Part shown: in pieces, positions 1 through 12,330 of the stretch
Layout of the letters: each line of letters opens with the position of its first letter
How positions within the stretch are numbered: position 1 is the stretch's first letter
NCBI RefSeq assembly: GCF_006345805.1
Contig: NC_043003.1
Span: 53,258,001-53,322,000, forward strand
From: Octopus sinensis
Lineage: Eukaryota
DNA: 64,000 nt
Direction: 5' to 3'
Position numbers and translations under genes: made by a program
Notes under the pieces: model-generated
Databases searched by the model: none
What the model was told of the DNA's origin: nothing
What the model saw: the letters and a program-made list of their open reading frames with translations, nothing else

Positions 1-301
1 AGACAAAGGAATCTGAAAGGACAGAGAATTAAAACGGAAGGGGATATAAAAGAAGGATGATGACATTTGTAAAGAGATACCGAAACGGCAGAGCAAAAAA
101 AGTGATGAAAAATATGCGATCGTCTGTTTTACAACGGTAGAACAAGCGTTGTTTCTACTGTAAAAATACTAGACGCAGGCGTGGCTGTGTGGTAAGAAGC
201 TTCCTTCCCAGCCACATGGTTCCGAGTTCAGTCACACTGCGTGGTACCTTGGGCAAGCCTTGTGAGTAGATTTGGTAGACGGGAACTGAAAGAAGCCCGT
301 C

Positions 302-338
<37 letters not shown>

Positions 339-639
339 AATAAAACAAAAAAGAAAATATATACATACATATATATATAGATATATGCATACATACATAT
401 ATATACCAATAAAAGAAAAAAGAAAATATATACATACACAAATATAGATATATGCATATATATATATGTGTGCGTGTGTGTGTGTGTGTGTAATTAATAT
501 AAACAATAGAGTGCAATGTTTCACCAAAAAGGAAAATTATAATTACTACTAAATGCCGTCATTGTTAAGAATTCTCTACTGGCATTTTTCGGACGATTCA
601 GGTCCCTGTTAGTGCATGTTTTCATTCACGTGCGTAAGC

Positions 640-770
640 TACAGCATTAGAGTACTTTAGCTCGAAACGTTAAAGACTTTTTCACTTCCCGAGCGTTAAA
701 CTAATACATCTATTTGCTCTCTACACCACCTGTCTTCGTCTTTTCGTGAGTTCTCCCTATATATATATAT
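640..770 (+). mobile_element. 3' end of a Penelope-like non-autonomous element (same family as 58760-58910, -)
   Basis: Shares gctcgaaacg..aaagactttt...ctaatacatc...tacaccacctgtcttcgtc...ctccc(ta)n with the reverse complement of 58760-58865. Confidence 0.6.
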
Positions 771-1383
771 AACATATAATTGCCAACCAAGTGTGACGTC
801 CCAAACAGGATAGTGCTACTGACTTTTAAAGCCCCAGGAAGACATCTCCTCCAGCTGGCTAACGACACACATTCTGTATCCAATTAGTATTTGCGAGGTG
901 AGGTCATTGCTCCCATCCCAAGCCTTACGTGATACACACGGACTCGAGTTTCTGGGTGGTTACTCGTCCTCAGCGTGTGTTAATCACCAGCTAGTGATGA
1001 AAACTCACCCCACTCGCAAAATACTTTTTCCAGCGACGAACCGCCGCTGATCTCGAAAAAGGAGATATAAGCTATATTAAATCTCTCAGCAAGATATAAA
1101 CAGTAGCAATACGGAATCGTAGCATATAATTACCAACCAAGTGTAGCATCCCAAACGGGATAGTGCTACTAATTTTTATAGCCCCAGGAAGACATCTCCT
1201 CCAGCTGGCTAACGACACATATTCTGTGTCCGATTAGTATTTGCAAGGGGAGGTCATCGCACCTATCCCTAGCCTTATGTGATCAGTAACACTATCCCGT
1301 TTGGGACGCCACACTTGCTTGGCAATTATATGTTACGATTCCGTATTGCTACTGTTTATATCTCGCTTAGAGATTTAATATAG

Positions 1384-1384
<1 letters not shown>
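771..1384 (-). mobile_element. Penelope-like/retrozyme-like element with direct and inverted repeats
   Basis: Direct repeat 771-933 / 1121-1283 (offset 350); inverted repeat 1072-1170 / 1285-1383; hammerhead motif at 934-980; bounded by (TA)n and (TG)n. Confidence 0.7.
934..980 (-). ncRNA. Minimal type I hammerhead ribozyme motif
   Basis: Minus strand: ACACACG CUGAGGA cgagu-aacc-accca GAAA CUCGAG UC CGUGUGU. 7-bp stem I, intact core, imperfect stem II, palindromic stem III, GUC site. Confidence 0.8.
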
Positions 1385-1436
<52 letters not shown>

Positions 1437-3012
1437 AACAAAGATGTACAGGTGTCAATTCATTACCTGATATTGTTTGGGTGTGCAAATTAGATCGACC
1501 TAACAAGGTGCTTCAATTTAAGTACCTAATTCAACTGAATCTTAATTATATTTTAGAGGCTGTGTGGTAAGTAGCTTGCTTTCCAACATCCTACTTTTTT
1601 CTATCGCGGGCTTATATGCCCCTTTATTTAGATTATTTTTCTAAGTCATTGCGCGCTGATCGCCATAAGCTTTAAGCTTATATAAAAAATACCTTTATTA
1701 TTATTTACAGGATTGTAAAAAACGGCACCGTATAAAAAAACATTGGCACCGAAAGCATATATATATATAAAGTGAGAAACCAAAGCAAGTAGCACTCGGC
1801 ATATTTTGTTAGAGTTACATGTATGTATTTAATAGTTGTTTCAATTTAGTTCCTCATAAAGTTTTGTAGTTAAGATACAACCATTTTGTCAGAGGTTTTG
1901 AGGTTCAGACTCTGTCTCTCCCAAGATCAGATGAGGTTGTTGTCAGTAAATATTTCCTTTTAAATCTATTAGGCTTGTTAGTTCTTGTTCATTGAACTTC
2001 CTTTCTCTTATTGTGTTACTCTGATTGATCAATATCGTACGCTTTTCTAAAACATGTGGCCAGGCCTGAACATCACAAGACTTGCCTACTCTGCAATAAA
2101 TCTGAAACTTTATGTCTACCTAATAAGTTAATAATTGAGGATGCGTTTGAAAAGGTGAATAAATTTATACGAGATCCAAAAGTATTTCTGATTTAGACAC
2201 AAGGTTTGCTATTTTGAAGCAATGTAGATTATTTGGTTACAATGTTCCTAGTATTTGACTAGTATGCTATTTTTATCGGCGTCGGAAGGATGAAAGACAG
2301 TGTTGAGTACAGCGTGACTTAAATTCAGAACGTGAGGAGCCGGAACAATCTATCAGGTCACACAAACATATAGAGACTCTATCATTGACTAATAATCTCA
2401 GTAATTTTCTTCTATATCTAACCATTATCACAATAGTTATTGTACGAACTAACGTGTAAAGTAACAAGTAAAGTATCTTCTACAGTGTCACTTAACCAGC
2501 TACAAATACCAAGCAAATCTTTAGTTCAAGACAAAAGGAACAGCATTAGATGATGTAATCCTAGATATTCTAGAATATATAGACAGGATGGTGGCTATTA
2601 GAACAACTAAAACAATGAGAGTAATTGTATCAGCATATTACAATTTTTTCGAAATTGCAAGTGTGTTATCAAACCTCAGTTAAACACACAATGAATCTAA
2701 TTTTATTGAAAAAAATTTTTTCTTTAAGAAATATACGAATTTCACGAAACAAAATAATCTGAACAAATTGGATAAAGGTCAAGGAAACTTGTCTCAGAAA
2801 ATCTGACACAATCCTTTCCGTTTTCATCCAGGTGACAGGTGAAAACCGCTAGAATCCAAACTATTCTCAAACGAGGCAAAGGAACTTCTGATAAACTACT
2901 GTGCTGAGAAAAAGAACGGATTGGCCAACGTAGTCCAAGTTATACAATGCCTTAAAAGATGCAATGGTTACAGCTAGAATGTCTCCGGCTATATGTCTGT
3001 TCGGGGATGTTC

Positions 3013-3164
3013 CAGTAGCGTAGTTAGAGTGTACGCCACTCGAAGCAGCCTTTGAGCTTGTCGCAACCGCCCCCTATACAGTCCTACAAACGTGACGCCC
3101 CCATACAAGCGTCGCCCGGGGCGAACCGCACCCCTCGCCCTTTCCTCTTTTAGCTACACTACTG
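3013..3164. mobile_element. hAT-like MITE
   Basis: Termini cagtagcgtagtta...tagctacactactg with a GC-rich interior; TSD not clear. Confidence 0.6.
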
Positions 3165-3788
3165 AGCACAGCTGACTCTGGGCTAAAGAACAAAAACAAC
3201 TGATTCTCATTTCTTTTTTCAAGGATTCGTTCTTTAGAGGATATTATTAAATTATTTCTTTCTAATTTTGGCTCAAGGTCAGCAATTTTAGAGGAAAAGC
3301 AAAGTCAACCTCGGCGGCATTTGAGCTCAAAACGTAGAGAGCCAGGAAAAATTTTGTCCGGCGCTCTAAAGATTCCTGCCAGCTCGCTACCTTATGACTA
3401 TTAATAAATCAATAAACCGAAGTAAATAGTATTCCTTCGATGAGATTTAGTTATGTCCCTTGGCGTTCTGAGTTGAAATTCCACGGAGATTTACTTTGCT
3501 AACATCAAAAAATATAAAATAGAAGTGAATTAATGTGGTTGATACGGCACTAACCTGAAAAATATGTGACACTGCCCCTATGTTAGAAATAATTGCTATA
3601 TTGAGGTACTGACGTTTTTTCTTCTAATGAAAATTTTCGATTCGTGTATTAAATTTATGTAATATATTATTTCTGTAATATTTCGCTACACATAGAAAGT
3701 ATTAAGTCAATTGTATTCTAATGTCATCAGAAAGAATTTATAGTAGTTAGCTTTTTCTATCTCAATAAGATTTTGCAAGTGAAAAAGA

Positions 3789-3985
3789 TTGATTGTAACA
3801 ACATCACACTACCTCCTCTGTCCACAAGAGCGAGAGAGAAATCGAACTGCTTGTAAGATGGTTCGATCACCACGCGCACCGCAGTACATTTGTACTGCAC
3901 AGAGAAATAAGTGTCACATCTGTGAACGTTCCTACAGAACGAAAGCTGAACTGAAAGGTCACCTGCGTGCACATGATCGTGCAAT
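3789..3985 (+). mobile_element. C2H2 zinc-finger fragment, probably the 3' end of an RTE-like LINE
   Basis: CHICERSYRTKAELKGHLRAH; isolated, with no splice-supported gene context. Confidence 0.45.
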
Positions 3986-4032
3986 ATTCAATGAAGAGAT
4001 AACACTCATCTCACAGGAAATAGCAATCAGCA

Positions 4033-4099
<67 letters not shown>

Positions 4100-4711
4100 G
4101 GAAGCAACGTTTTTCCCACAAAGACAAAATCCCGCAACGAATGCTTTTCACGTTCTACAGTATGGGAGCACATTAAAAATAAATGTATACGTCATTAATC
4201 CCCACTGCTTCGTGTTCGTATACGAAACATATTCCAGTTTGGCAAGCCTCAATACATGCCAACAAATGCAGCATTTGCTGTTTTCCGTATATAGGAACAA
4301 AGTATCTTGCATCGCATGAAATTACCGAAGTAGTGTCTGCACTGAAGAGGCTAAGCCACGCTGAACTATCGATTCTGATCGTTTGCTGCGGTCTAAATGC
4401 AAACCCATGTCTACTTTGCATTTCATCATTTTGGTGGCAGTAAATAGATTACTAGTCCATAATAGTGGGTTGGAGGAATTACTAGAACATTGCGCAGAAT
4501 ACCTTGCAGTGTCTCAGCTTTCGCGATGGTTCATGTTCCAAAGTGGATATCTTGTCCTCTCCCAGAACATGGATGATGTCAAAAGGTCTCCTTGCACACA
4601 TGAAAAACTAATGATCTTCCATTTGTAGGCCTACATACATACAAACATACACATATACACACATACGCACATACACACATATATACATACATACACACAC
4701 ACACATAGATA

Positions 4712-4792
<81 letters not shown>

Positions 4793-5049
4793 GTACGTTT
4801 GTATTACATATAAACAAATACATTCATATATTGTGGCACTCCGTCGGTTACGACGACGTGGGTTACAGGTGATCCGATCAACGGAACAACATGCTCGTGA
4901 AATTAACGTGCAAGCGTAGTTCTCGGGGAGATTCAGCGTGACACAGGGTGTCACAAGGCTGGCTCTTTGAAATACAGGTACAACAGAAACAGGAAGAAAG
5001 AGTGACTTCTCTATACTTCTCTATACTTTTTTTAATATCTCAATTTACC

Positions 5050-5650
5050 GCTCAATGTTCACGGTACACCACGTTCAAGAAAAACAGGGGGTGGGGAAAG
5101 ATCAAGAAGAATGACGCCCTTGTCAGCCTCCAAAACAATTATGATGAATTTCTGTTCTGATCACTGCCACATGTACTTCTTAGGCCTTGGGGAAGAGTCT
5201 GACACTATTCAATGGAATGAGCCTTCATTTTTGGATCATAAAGATACGTCCATTCTTCAAACGCTTCCAGCAAATCAGAGCAGGTTTCCCTCCTTTTCTC
5301 CTTCAAATCGATTGTCAGGTGCTTGGTTACCCACTTTGCACACACTTTCCAAAACTCAAAATCTTTCACCAATCTGCTGCATTGCATTTTGACCGCGGCG
5401 CAGTTGTGCAGCAAGCCCTTGGATTGTGATCTTCTGTCCGCCTGAATCAGTTTCTCCACTCGCTGACGATTCGTGTCAGAGGTCGTAGTCAATGTTCTTC
5501 CACTGAGTGATTTGTTTTCAATGCTAGTTCTCTCTTCTTTAAACTTCTTCATCATATCAATAGTTTTTATCTCCGTAAAGAGCCTGTAGCTTTCTGTCGA
5601 TGTTGGAGAGCCTGCATGAATTCAATGGCTGAACGTTGCTGCTGCTCGGA
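5050..5650 (-). mobile_element. Internally deleted mariner transposase relic
   Basis: KFKEERTSIENKSLSGR, KVCAKWVTKHLT (WVPHEL-like) and WTYLYDP motifs. Confidence 0.75.
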
Positions 5651-5797
5651 ACCCATTGCTTACCTGAAATGAAAAAGAACAAGAAGAAGATTTACTAAAG
5701 TGGAAGAGTTATTCTGATAAAATATGCAATTCGAAAGACCTATGTCAGTTAATAAAAAGTTATGCCCTCTTTTGCATTACTTTCGGTAAAATCATTA

Positions 5798-5963
5798 CGT
5801 GTATGTATGTATGTATGTATGTATGTATGTATGTATGTATGTATGTATGTATGTATGTATGTATGTATGTATGTATGTATGTACGCATGTATGTATGTAT
5901 GTACGTATCTGTATATTTATGTATGCATGTATGTACATATGTATGTGTATGTATGTGTGTATG

Positions 5964-6003
<40 letters not shown>

Positions 6004-6140
6004 CTCACACACAACGCGCGCGTATTTATATACAGGCAGAGTTAGGTATAAGAGAGACAGACAGACGAACAGACAGACAGATCCGTGCATATCATATTAT
6101 GTTTAAGTATATACATATGTGTGTGCGTGTGTGTGTATGT

Positions 6141-6178
<38 letters not shown>

Positions 6179-6290
6179 CTGTGTACTCGCATGTTTACAG
6201 TTTTTGTACAAGCACAAACACACACGTGTGTTTTGTGCGTTTTTCTGGGTGTGCGAGTGTATATGCGTTGTGTATGTGTGTATGTGTATA

Positions 6291-6325
<35 letters not shown>

Positions 6326-6335
6326 AAGAGAGGGA
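5798..6335. repeat. Compound microsatellite (GTAT)n/(TA)n/(TG)n/(AG)n, representative of many
   Basis: Directly visible; similar tracts at 303-490, 1388-1432, 4037-4097, 4632-4790, 21230-21460, 28797-28905 and 42074-42143. Confidence 0.98.
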
Positions 6336-9300
6336 GATTGAGAGTTTATGCACTTATACACATACTCGCAGAGATAGATAAAGCAAAATTTTTCAAAACG
6401 AAGAACAGAAAGTGCAGAGGGAAAAAAACAAAAGAAAACAAAATCAAAGAAAGTTTGAGCTAGAGACACATTAACAATACCATGGATTCGTAAACAGACA
6501 CTCGTACACAGTCATGAATATATAATGCGTATTCATAAAAAGCGCTTTGTCACATAATCCAACGTTTAGTTTTATCTTTTGATCAGTTCGTTCAAATCTC
6601 ACCCTGACTGGGATTAGTTGAGTAAACTGATCTAGATCGTGTTGCTACTGTTCATGTGAGTTGCCCAGCAACCGTAACTCTTCACTCCATCTTCAAAGAC
6701 AGAAGTCTGAATTTAACCGATTAATTTGCTGCCAGGACATCTAATATGACAAGAGAAAGGTATACAGACATCTAACTCTGGACATTATTTGTTTCAAGTA
6801 CATTGTCTCCGGCCGCTTCTATCAGTTCGATTTTTTTATTTTTCCTTTTTGTTTTATGAGTGTAACATCGGATTCAATCTACCTTAAGCAAATCTAAGTG
6901 CAGGTTGAACCGTACGAAAATAATTTGGTGTATTCATATCGGTAGGTTCAATATACAAACATAACAATTCACTATTAGGTAGCATTTATATACATGTGGA
7001 ACCTTTATATAAGGCGTGGCTGTGTTGTGAGAAGCTTGCTTTCCAACCACCTGGTTCTGGGTTCAGTCCCACTGCGTGGTACCTTGGTCATTAAAGCCTT
7101 GTGAGATGGAAACTGAAAGAAACCCTTCGTATATTTTTCTCTCTGTGTGCTCGTGTGTGAGTGCCTTTGTGTCTCTGTTTGTTACCCACCGTGCTTGACA
7201 ACATGTATTGGTGTTTAAGTCCCCGTAACTTAGCGATTCGATAACAGAAATCGATACAATAAATACCAGACTTTAAAAAAAATTATGAACTGGGGTCGAT
7301 TCATTCGACTAAAGAATTCTCAAGGTGGTGCCCCAGCATGGCCGCAGTCTGTTGGCTGAAACAAGTAAAAGATCAGAGGTATTTATGCGTATGTTTGTGT
7401 GTGTGTGTGTGTGCATACGTGTGCTTGTGTGTGTATGTGTGTATGTGTGTGTGAAAGAGAGAGAGAGAGAGAGAATGTGTGTGTGTGTGTTTGGATTTCC
7501 TTATTTGTAACACTGGATTCAATCTATAGTAAACAAAATTAAGTGCAGATTGAGCTTTATTAAAATATTTTAATTAAAATCATTGATAGTCTCAAAACCC
7601 TCTGAGGCCTGGGCTCCTGTGTCTAACTTTATGCTCCACCTGAGCTCCCGAGTAAAAAAATAAATTGTAACATATACAGCTCAAGAGTAACGACTGAAGG
7701 CAAACTAATGGACAGACCTGGCTGCATCTTCGTTTTCTACGCATGTTGTTCTTTATCGCTTCACCGAGAATTCTGCAGAGATGACATTTAAGCTATTCCC
7801 GCCATAGCAGGAAAATGGTGTGACAAGGTTAGATGCAAATTCCCCTTCTTTTCCATAAATAACGAAACCGCAGACAATAAGTAGCATAAGTTTTAGGAGA
7901 TATTATTCAGAAGTGAATATGGTGACATAGTAAAAACAATTGAGCACTGCATTATATCCACGTCTTTATTTTCTGGGTTCAAATCCTACTTCGGTAACTT
8001 GTCCACGAGTCAAATACATTCATAATTATCCATTTGTTTCCAGCAGTTCAACTGATGTTCTTAACTGAACATCAATCAATAATTGGACAAATGTTCACTG
8101 GAAGAGGCTTCTTGTAACTATTACGCATTTATTGTAAGGTGGTGAATGGCAGAGCAACAGATCATATGATTTGCGAGATTTCCATACTTAGATATTGCAT
8201 TGAAACTATATTTACAAGGTTAACCAAAAGTCACCCAACAGTAAAACAAAATTCCATAAATACTATCTGTAATTCTGTATTGACTCGAATGAAAAAATGT
8301 GTCGCTCAAGGACTTCAGTTTGAACAATTTTCATGATTTTTCATACTTAGATGCTTTTATAAAATTCATTCAGTCATTAAACATAAATAAATCTTAGAAT
8401 TAAATGGTTTTGATTTACTATCAGGTGACTTTTGGCCAGCCCTGTATTTTTGTAAACACAACCAATGTTAGTGGTTTGTCATAAGGCGGCGAGCTGGCAA
8501 AACCGTTAGTATATCACGCAAAATGCATAATAGCATTTCTTCCGTCCCTCTACGTTCTGAGTTCAAAATCCGCCGTGGTGGATTTTGCCTTTCATCGTTT
8601 CGGCATCGATAAAATAGGTACCAGTTGAGTACTGGTACGGGTCAATGTAATCGACTATCTTTCTACCTTGTGGCCTTGTGTCAAAATCTGAAAACATTAC
8701 ATGCACAAACATGTGTATTGTGCATATCTATTGCTCATAGACACAAACGTAGTTGTGTGGTAAAAAGTTTGCTTCCCAACGATACGGTTCCGGATTCAGT
8801 CTAATTGCGTTGAAACTTGGGCAAGTGTCTTCTGCTATAGACCTGAGCCGACCAAAACCTTGCGTGTGGGTTTCGTTGACGGAAACTGAAAGAAGCTCGT
8901 CGATCATATATATGTGTGCGTACGTTTGTGTCCCATCACCGCTTGGCAAACGGTATGGTTTGTTTACACACCTATAATTTAGCGGTTCGAAGAAGAGACC
9001 GATAGAATACGGACCAGGCGTTAAAAATGAGTACTGGGGTTGATTTGTTCAGCAAAAATTTCCAAAGGCGGTGCCACAGCATGAATGCAATCCAATAACT
9101 GAAACAAGTAAGTGATACATTTAACCTTACTTATCACTGATCTTGATAACACGGTGCTCTCAACTGTGTTACATTTTTCAAGAATTGATTTGTTATAACA
9201 CGGGCCAGCGATCAGACAAAGATTCTGCTTTGACCGCAAAAGCGTGCCTCAGCAACAACCACAATGCTCAGGGCAACCCGAGGTTTCGGAACGAAACATA

Positions 9301-9760
9301 TTTTCCCATTTGGTAGAACAAACCAGAAATTTTAATAAACAGTTCACCGTATATTCTCTCTTGTATTGATAAACGATAATTACTCGATGATATTTTTGAT
9401 GGATTATGAGATTTTCAGTTTAATATACTCTTAGTATTGTTTCTTATCAAAAGAGATCAATATTTTCTTACCTGTTAGTAATAATATTTTCTTTAGTTGA
9501 CATACATCACCACAAGTATGTTAATATTTGATATTATTCAATAGATGGTACTTATCATTCACTGCGTCATTAATATCCTTGATAAAATACTTGTTGACAG
9601 TAATGTGGTAGGTAGACTAAAACAGTTTATTGCCAGCCTAAAGGACTCTTGTTGATAAAAAGATGTAGATTATAAAATATTTCAGTTTCGTGTGTTCAAA
9701 ATCACGTCGTTCTCTCTTTCTCTCTCCTTCTCCCTCCCCCCTCTCTCTCCCTCTCTCTCT

Positions 9761-9802
<42 letters not shown>

Positions 9803-9971
9803 TCGTGTTAAGGAAACGTTCTGCTCCGGAACAACCTTGCAGTAACGTGGATTTCTGTAACGCAGAACGCATTTCTTATTCACTTCCATGCAGTATAGAG
9901 GTCAATGAAGAATAGTTTTCTCATAACGGCACGATTTTCCTGAACGTAAGTCTTCTTTAGCACATAGGTAC

Positions 9972-10045
<74 letters not shown>

Positions 10046-11379
10046 GTGTGCCTGTGTTTGTCTCCCCCCAGCATCGCTTGACAACCGATGCGGGTGTGTT
10101 TATGTCCCTGTAACTTAGCGATTCGGCAAAAGAGACCGATAGAATAAGTACTAGGCTTACAAAGAGCAAGTCCTGGGGTCGATTTGATTCTTCTAAAGAC
10201 GGTGCTCCACCATGGTCACAGTCAAATGACAGTAACAAGTAAAAAGATTAAAAAAATAAGATGCTTACATTTTGTTGCAAACTAAATATATATAGCCACA
10301 TTAAATCTTAATCAACATTCATATTTCTGACACTCTTCTTTCATCTGTCTATCATATACTGGGATCTCGAGTATTGTTTCGTATTTCACTCGACATTATG
10401 CTTAACCTTATCCTGAATCTAATTCATCTCTTATATCCTCTATATGTACACTGTGCCAAATTCCTCCAATAACAATTCCAGTGTCTCGAAATCTATTCTA
10501 TTTAACACCTTTAAATAATACACATTTCAATCGTATCTCTTCTGACCAAATTTATTAACATCATTTATTGTATCGACTTGGAACCAAATGCAACAGGATC
10601 TTTTGTTATAGAAATATGTAGTTCAGTTCCTAAAATCATGACCTTCGCCTCTCTAAACCCACTTATTATATAACTGCACCATCACTTCTGACTTCATAGA
10701 AACGATTATAAATTACCCACTTGAATTTAAGCTACTTTTATTCCCCGAAGCTGCTTCAGAAAGCACTAAAACCACTTGTCGAATGAAATTTTAGTATGAT
10801 ACAAAGTTTTTCTCTCAAGACTAATTGCCAAGTTTCTCACCTATAAAACATGACTGCATTTATTCACCATTTGGAAATTAATTTTGTTTCCTAATATCAT
10901 CAGAAATTGGGCTTAGATAAAATTCAGAAAGTGTTACTATGTATCATTAATAACTTCTTAGCAATAAATTCAACGTTCACGATATGTACTGAACCTATTG
11001 AAAGTTGGAATGCTAGTTTATATCTTTGTATGAATCGAACCGAACATTCTGAAGATAGTGACATTATTGCCAAATATACCAAATAACAGTTTCTGATTCT
11101 GGAAGAAGACCAGCAATTTTGATGGGGGAGAGGATTAGTTCATACCCGCTCGACTCCTGTACATGAATGATACTTTATTTTATCGGCTGCGGAGCGATGT
11201 AACACGAAGCTGACCTCGGTGGAATTTGAACTCAGAATATAAGGAGACGAAACAAATGCCGCTAAGCATTTTTTCCGATGCTCAAAGGACTCTACCAGCT
11301 CAGCACCCTAATTCTGCCAAATAATAGCCATTTTTATGACCTCTTCTTTGCTAAATATGATTTCCAAACCATCATTTAT

Positions 11380-12330
11380 AACAAAAATTTCCTTTTAACA
11401 TTCTAATATTAAATTTATGATTCCATACCCATTAAACTGGTGCACCATTAATTAACGGTACTCTACTATATTAATCAACCATACCAGTCATTGCTTTCCC
11501 AGTGTTTTGTAAGTTCCTTGTAATTCCACATAAATTTCCACTTTGGGTGTCCGACTTCCAATGTCGGTCAAATCTATCCAACTCAACCATTTATTTTTTT
11601 TCATTATCATACTCTGTTTCTCTTGCATTTTCTTCAAACCCATCTAGTTACTTTTTCATAAACACTTATTACTCATTCTCTGGACGTGGCCACACCAATT
11701 TCATTCAATGATTTTGTAAATATGATTGTCATTAATACATTTTTTTTCTTTTCTGGATACATACATTTCATTATTTTATGGCTCTTCCGTGTTATTCCAA
11801 CCATAACACATTCATGAACAGACTGAGCTTGTTTTTTTCTTTTCTTTTCTTTTCTTTTTTCTTGTCTGGTGCCATGTTTCTGTACCATAAGAAATTTTAG
11901 GGTTGATATAATTTGCTAATTGGCGTATTTTCCTTTACTTAGTTATTCTGTTATAAGTAAACCAAGGTAATGTAATTGATTAATGAAGTTGTTTTTTTTT
12001 TTTGCAACTTGAATCTTAGGAACTTAATCTATCATTTCAAAGAGTATTTTTTCATGCTCATTCTTATTCCTACGCCTTTACTTTCTGCTTTCAGTTGTTC
12101 TTAAAAAGTTTGAAGTATTATGTCGTCTACGAATCGGTGAATGAAAAAGTTATCATTAATTTTAATTCCATTTTTGTTTTCATCCCAGTTCAGTTCCCAA
12201 AATACTTCTATGCCGGCTGTGAATAATTTGAAAGGAATAGGATCTCCTTGTCTTACACGCTTTTGGATTTAAAAATCAGTTTGAACTATTGTGTTGTATA
12301 ATTAAAGTTGCAGCATAATGGTAGCTATAT
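11380..12330 (-). mobile_element. RTE-like LINE reverse-transcriptase relic
   Basis: Minus strand VRQGDPI near 12240-12260 and RFVDDII near 12120-12137; heavily decayed. Confidence 0.6.

Noticed and set aside
155-6469. Many ORFs rich in YI/CV/HT/MYVC
   Set aside because: Translations of (TA)n, (TG)n and (GTAT)n microsatellites and SINEs; the same applies near 9900, 21200 and 46070.
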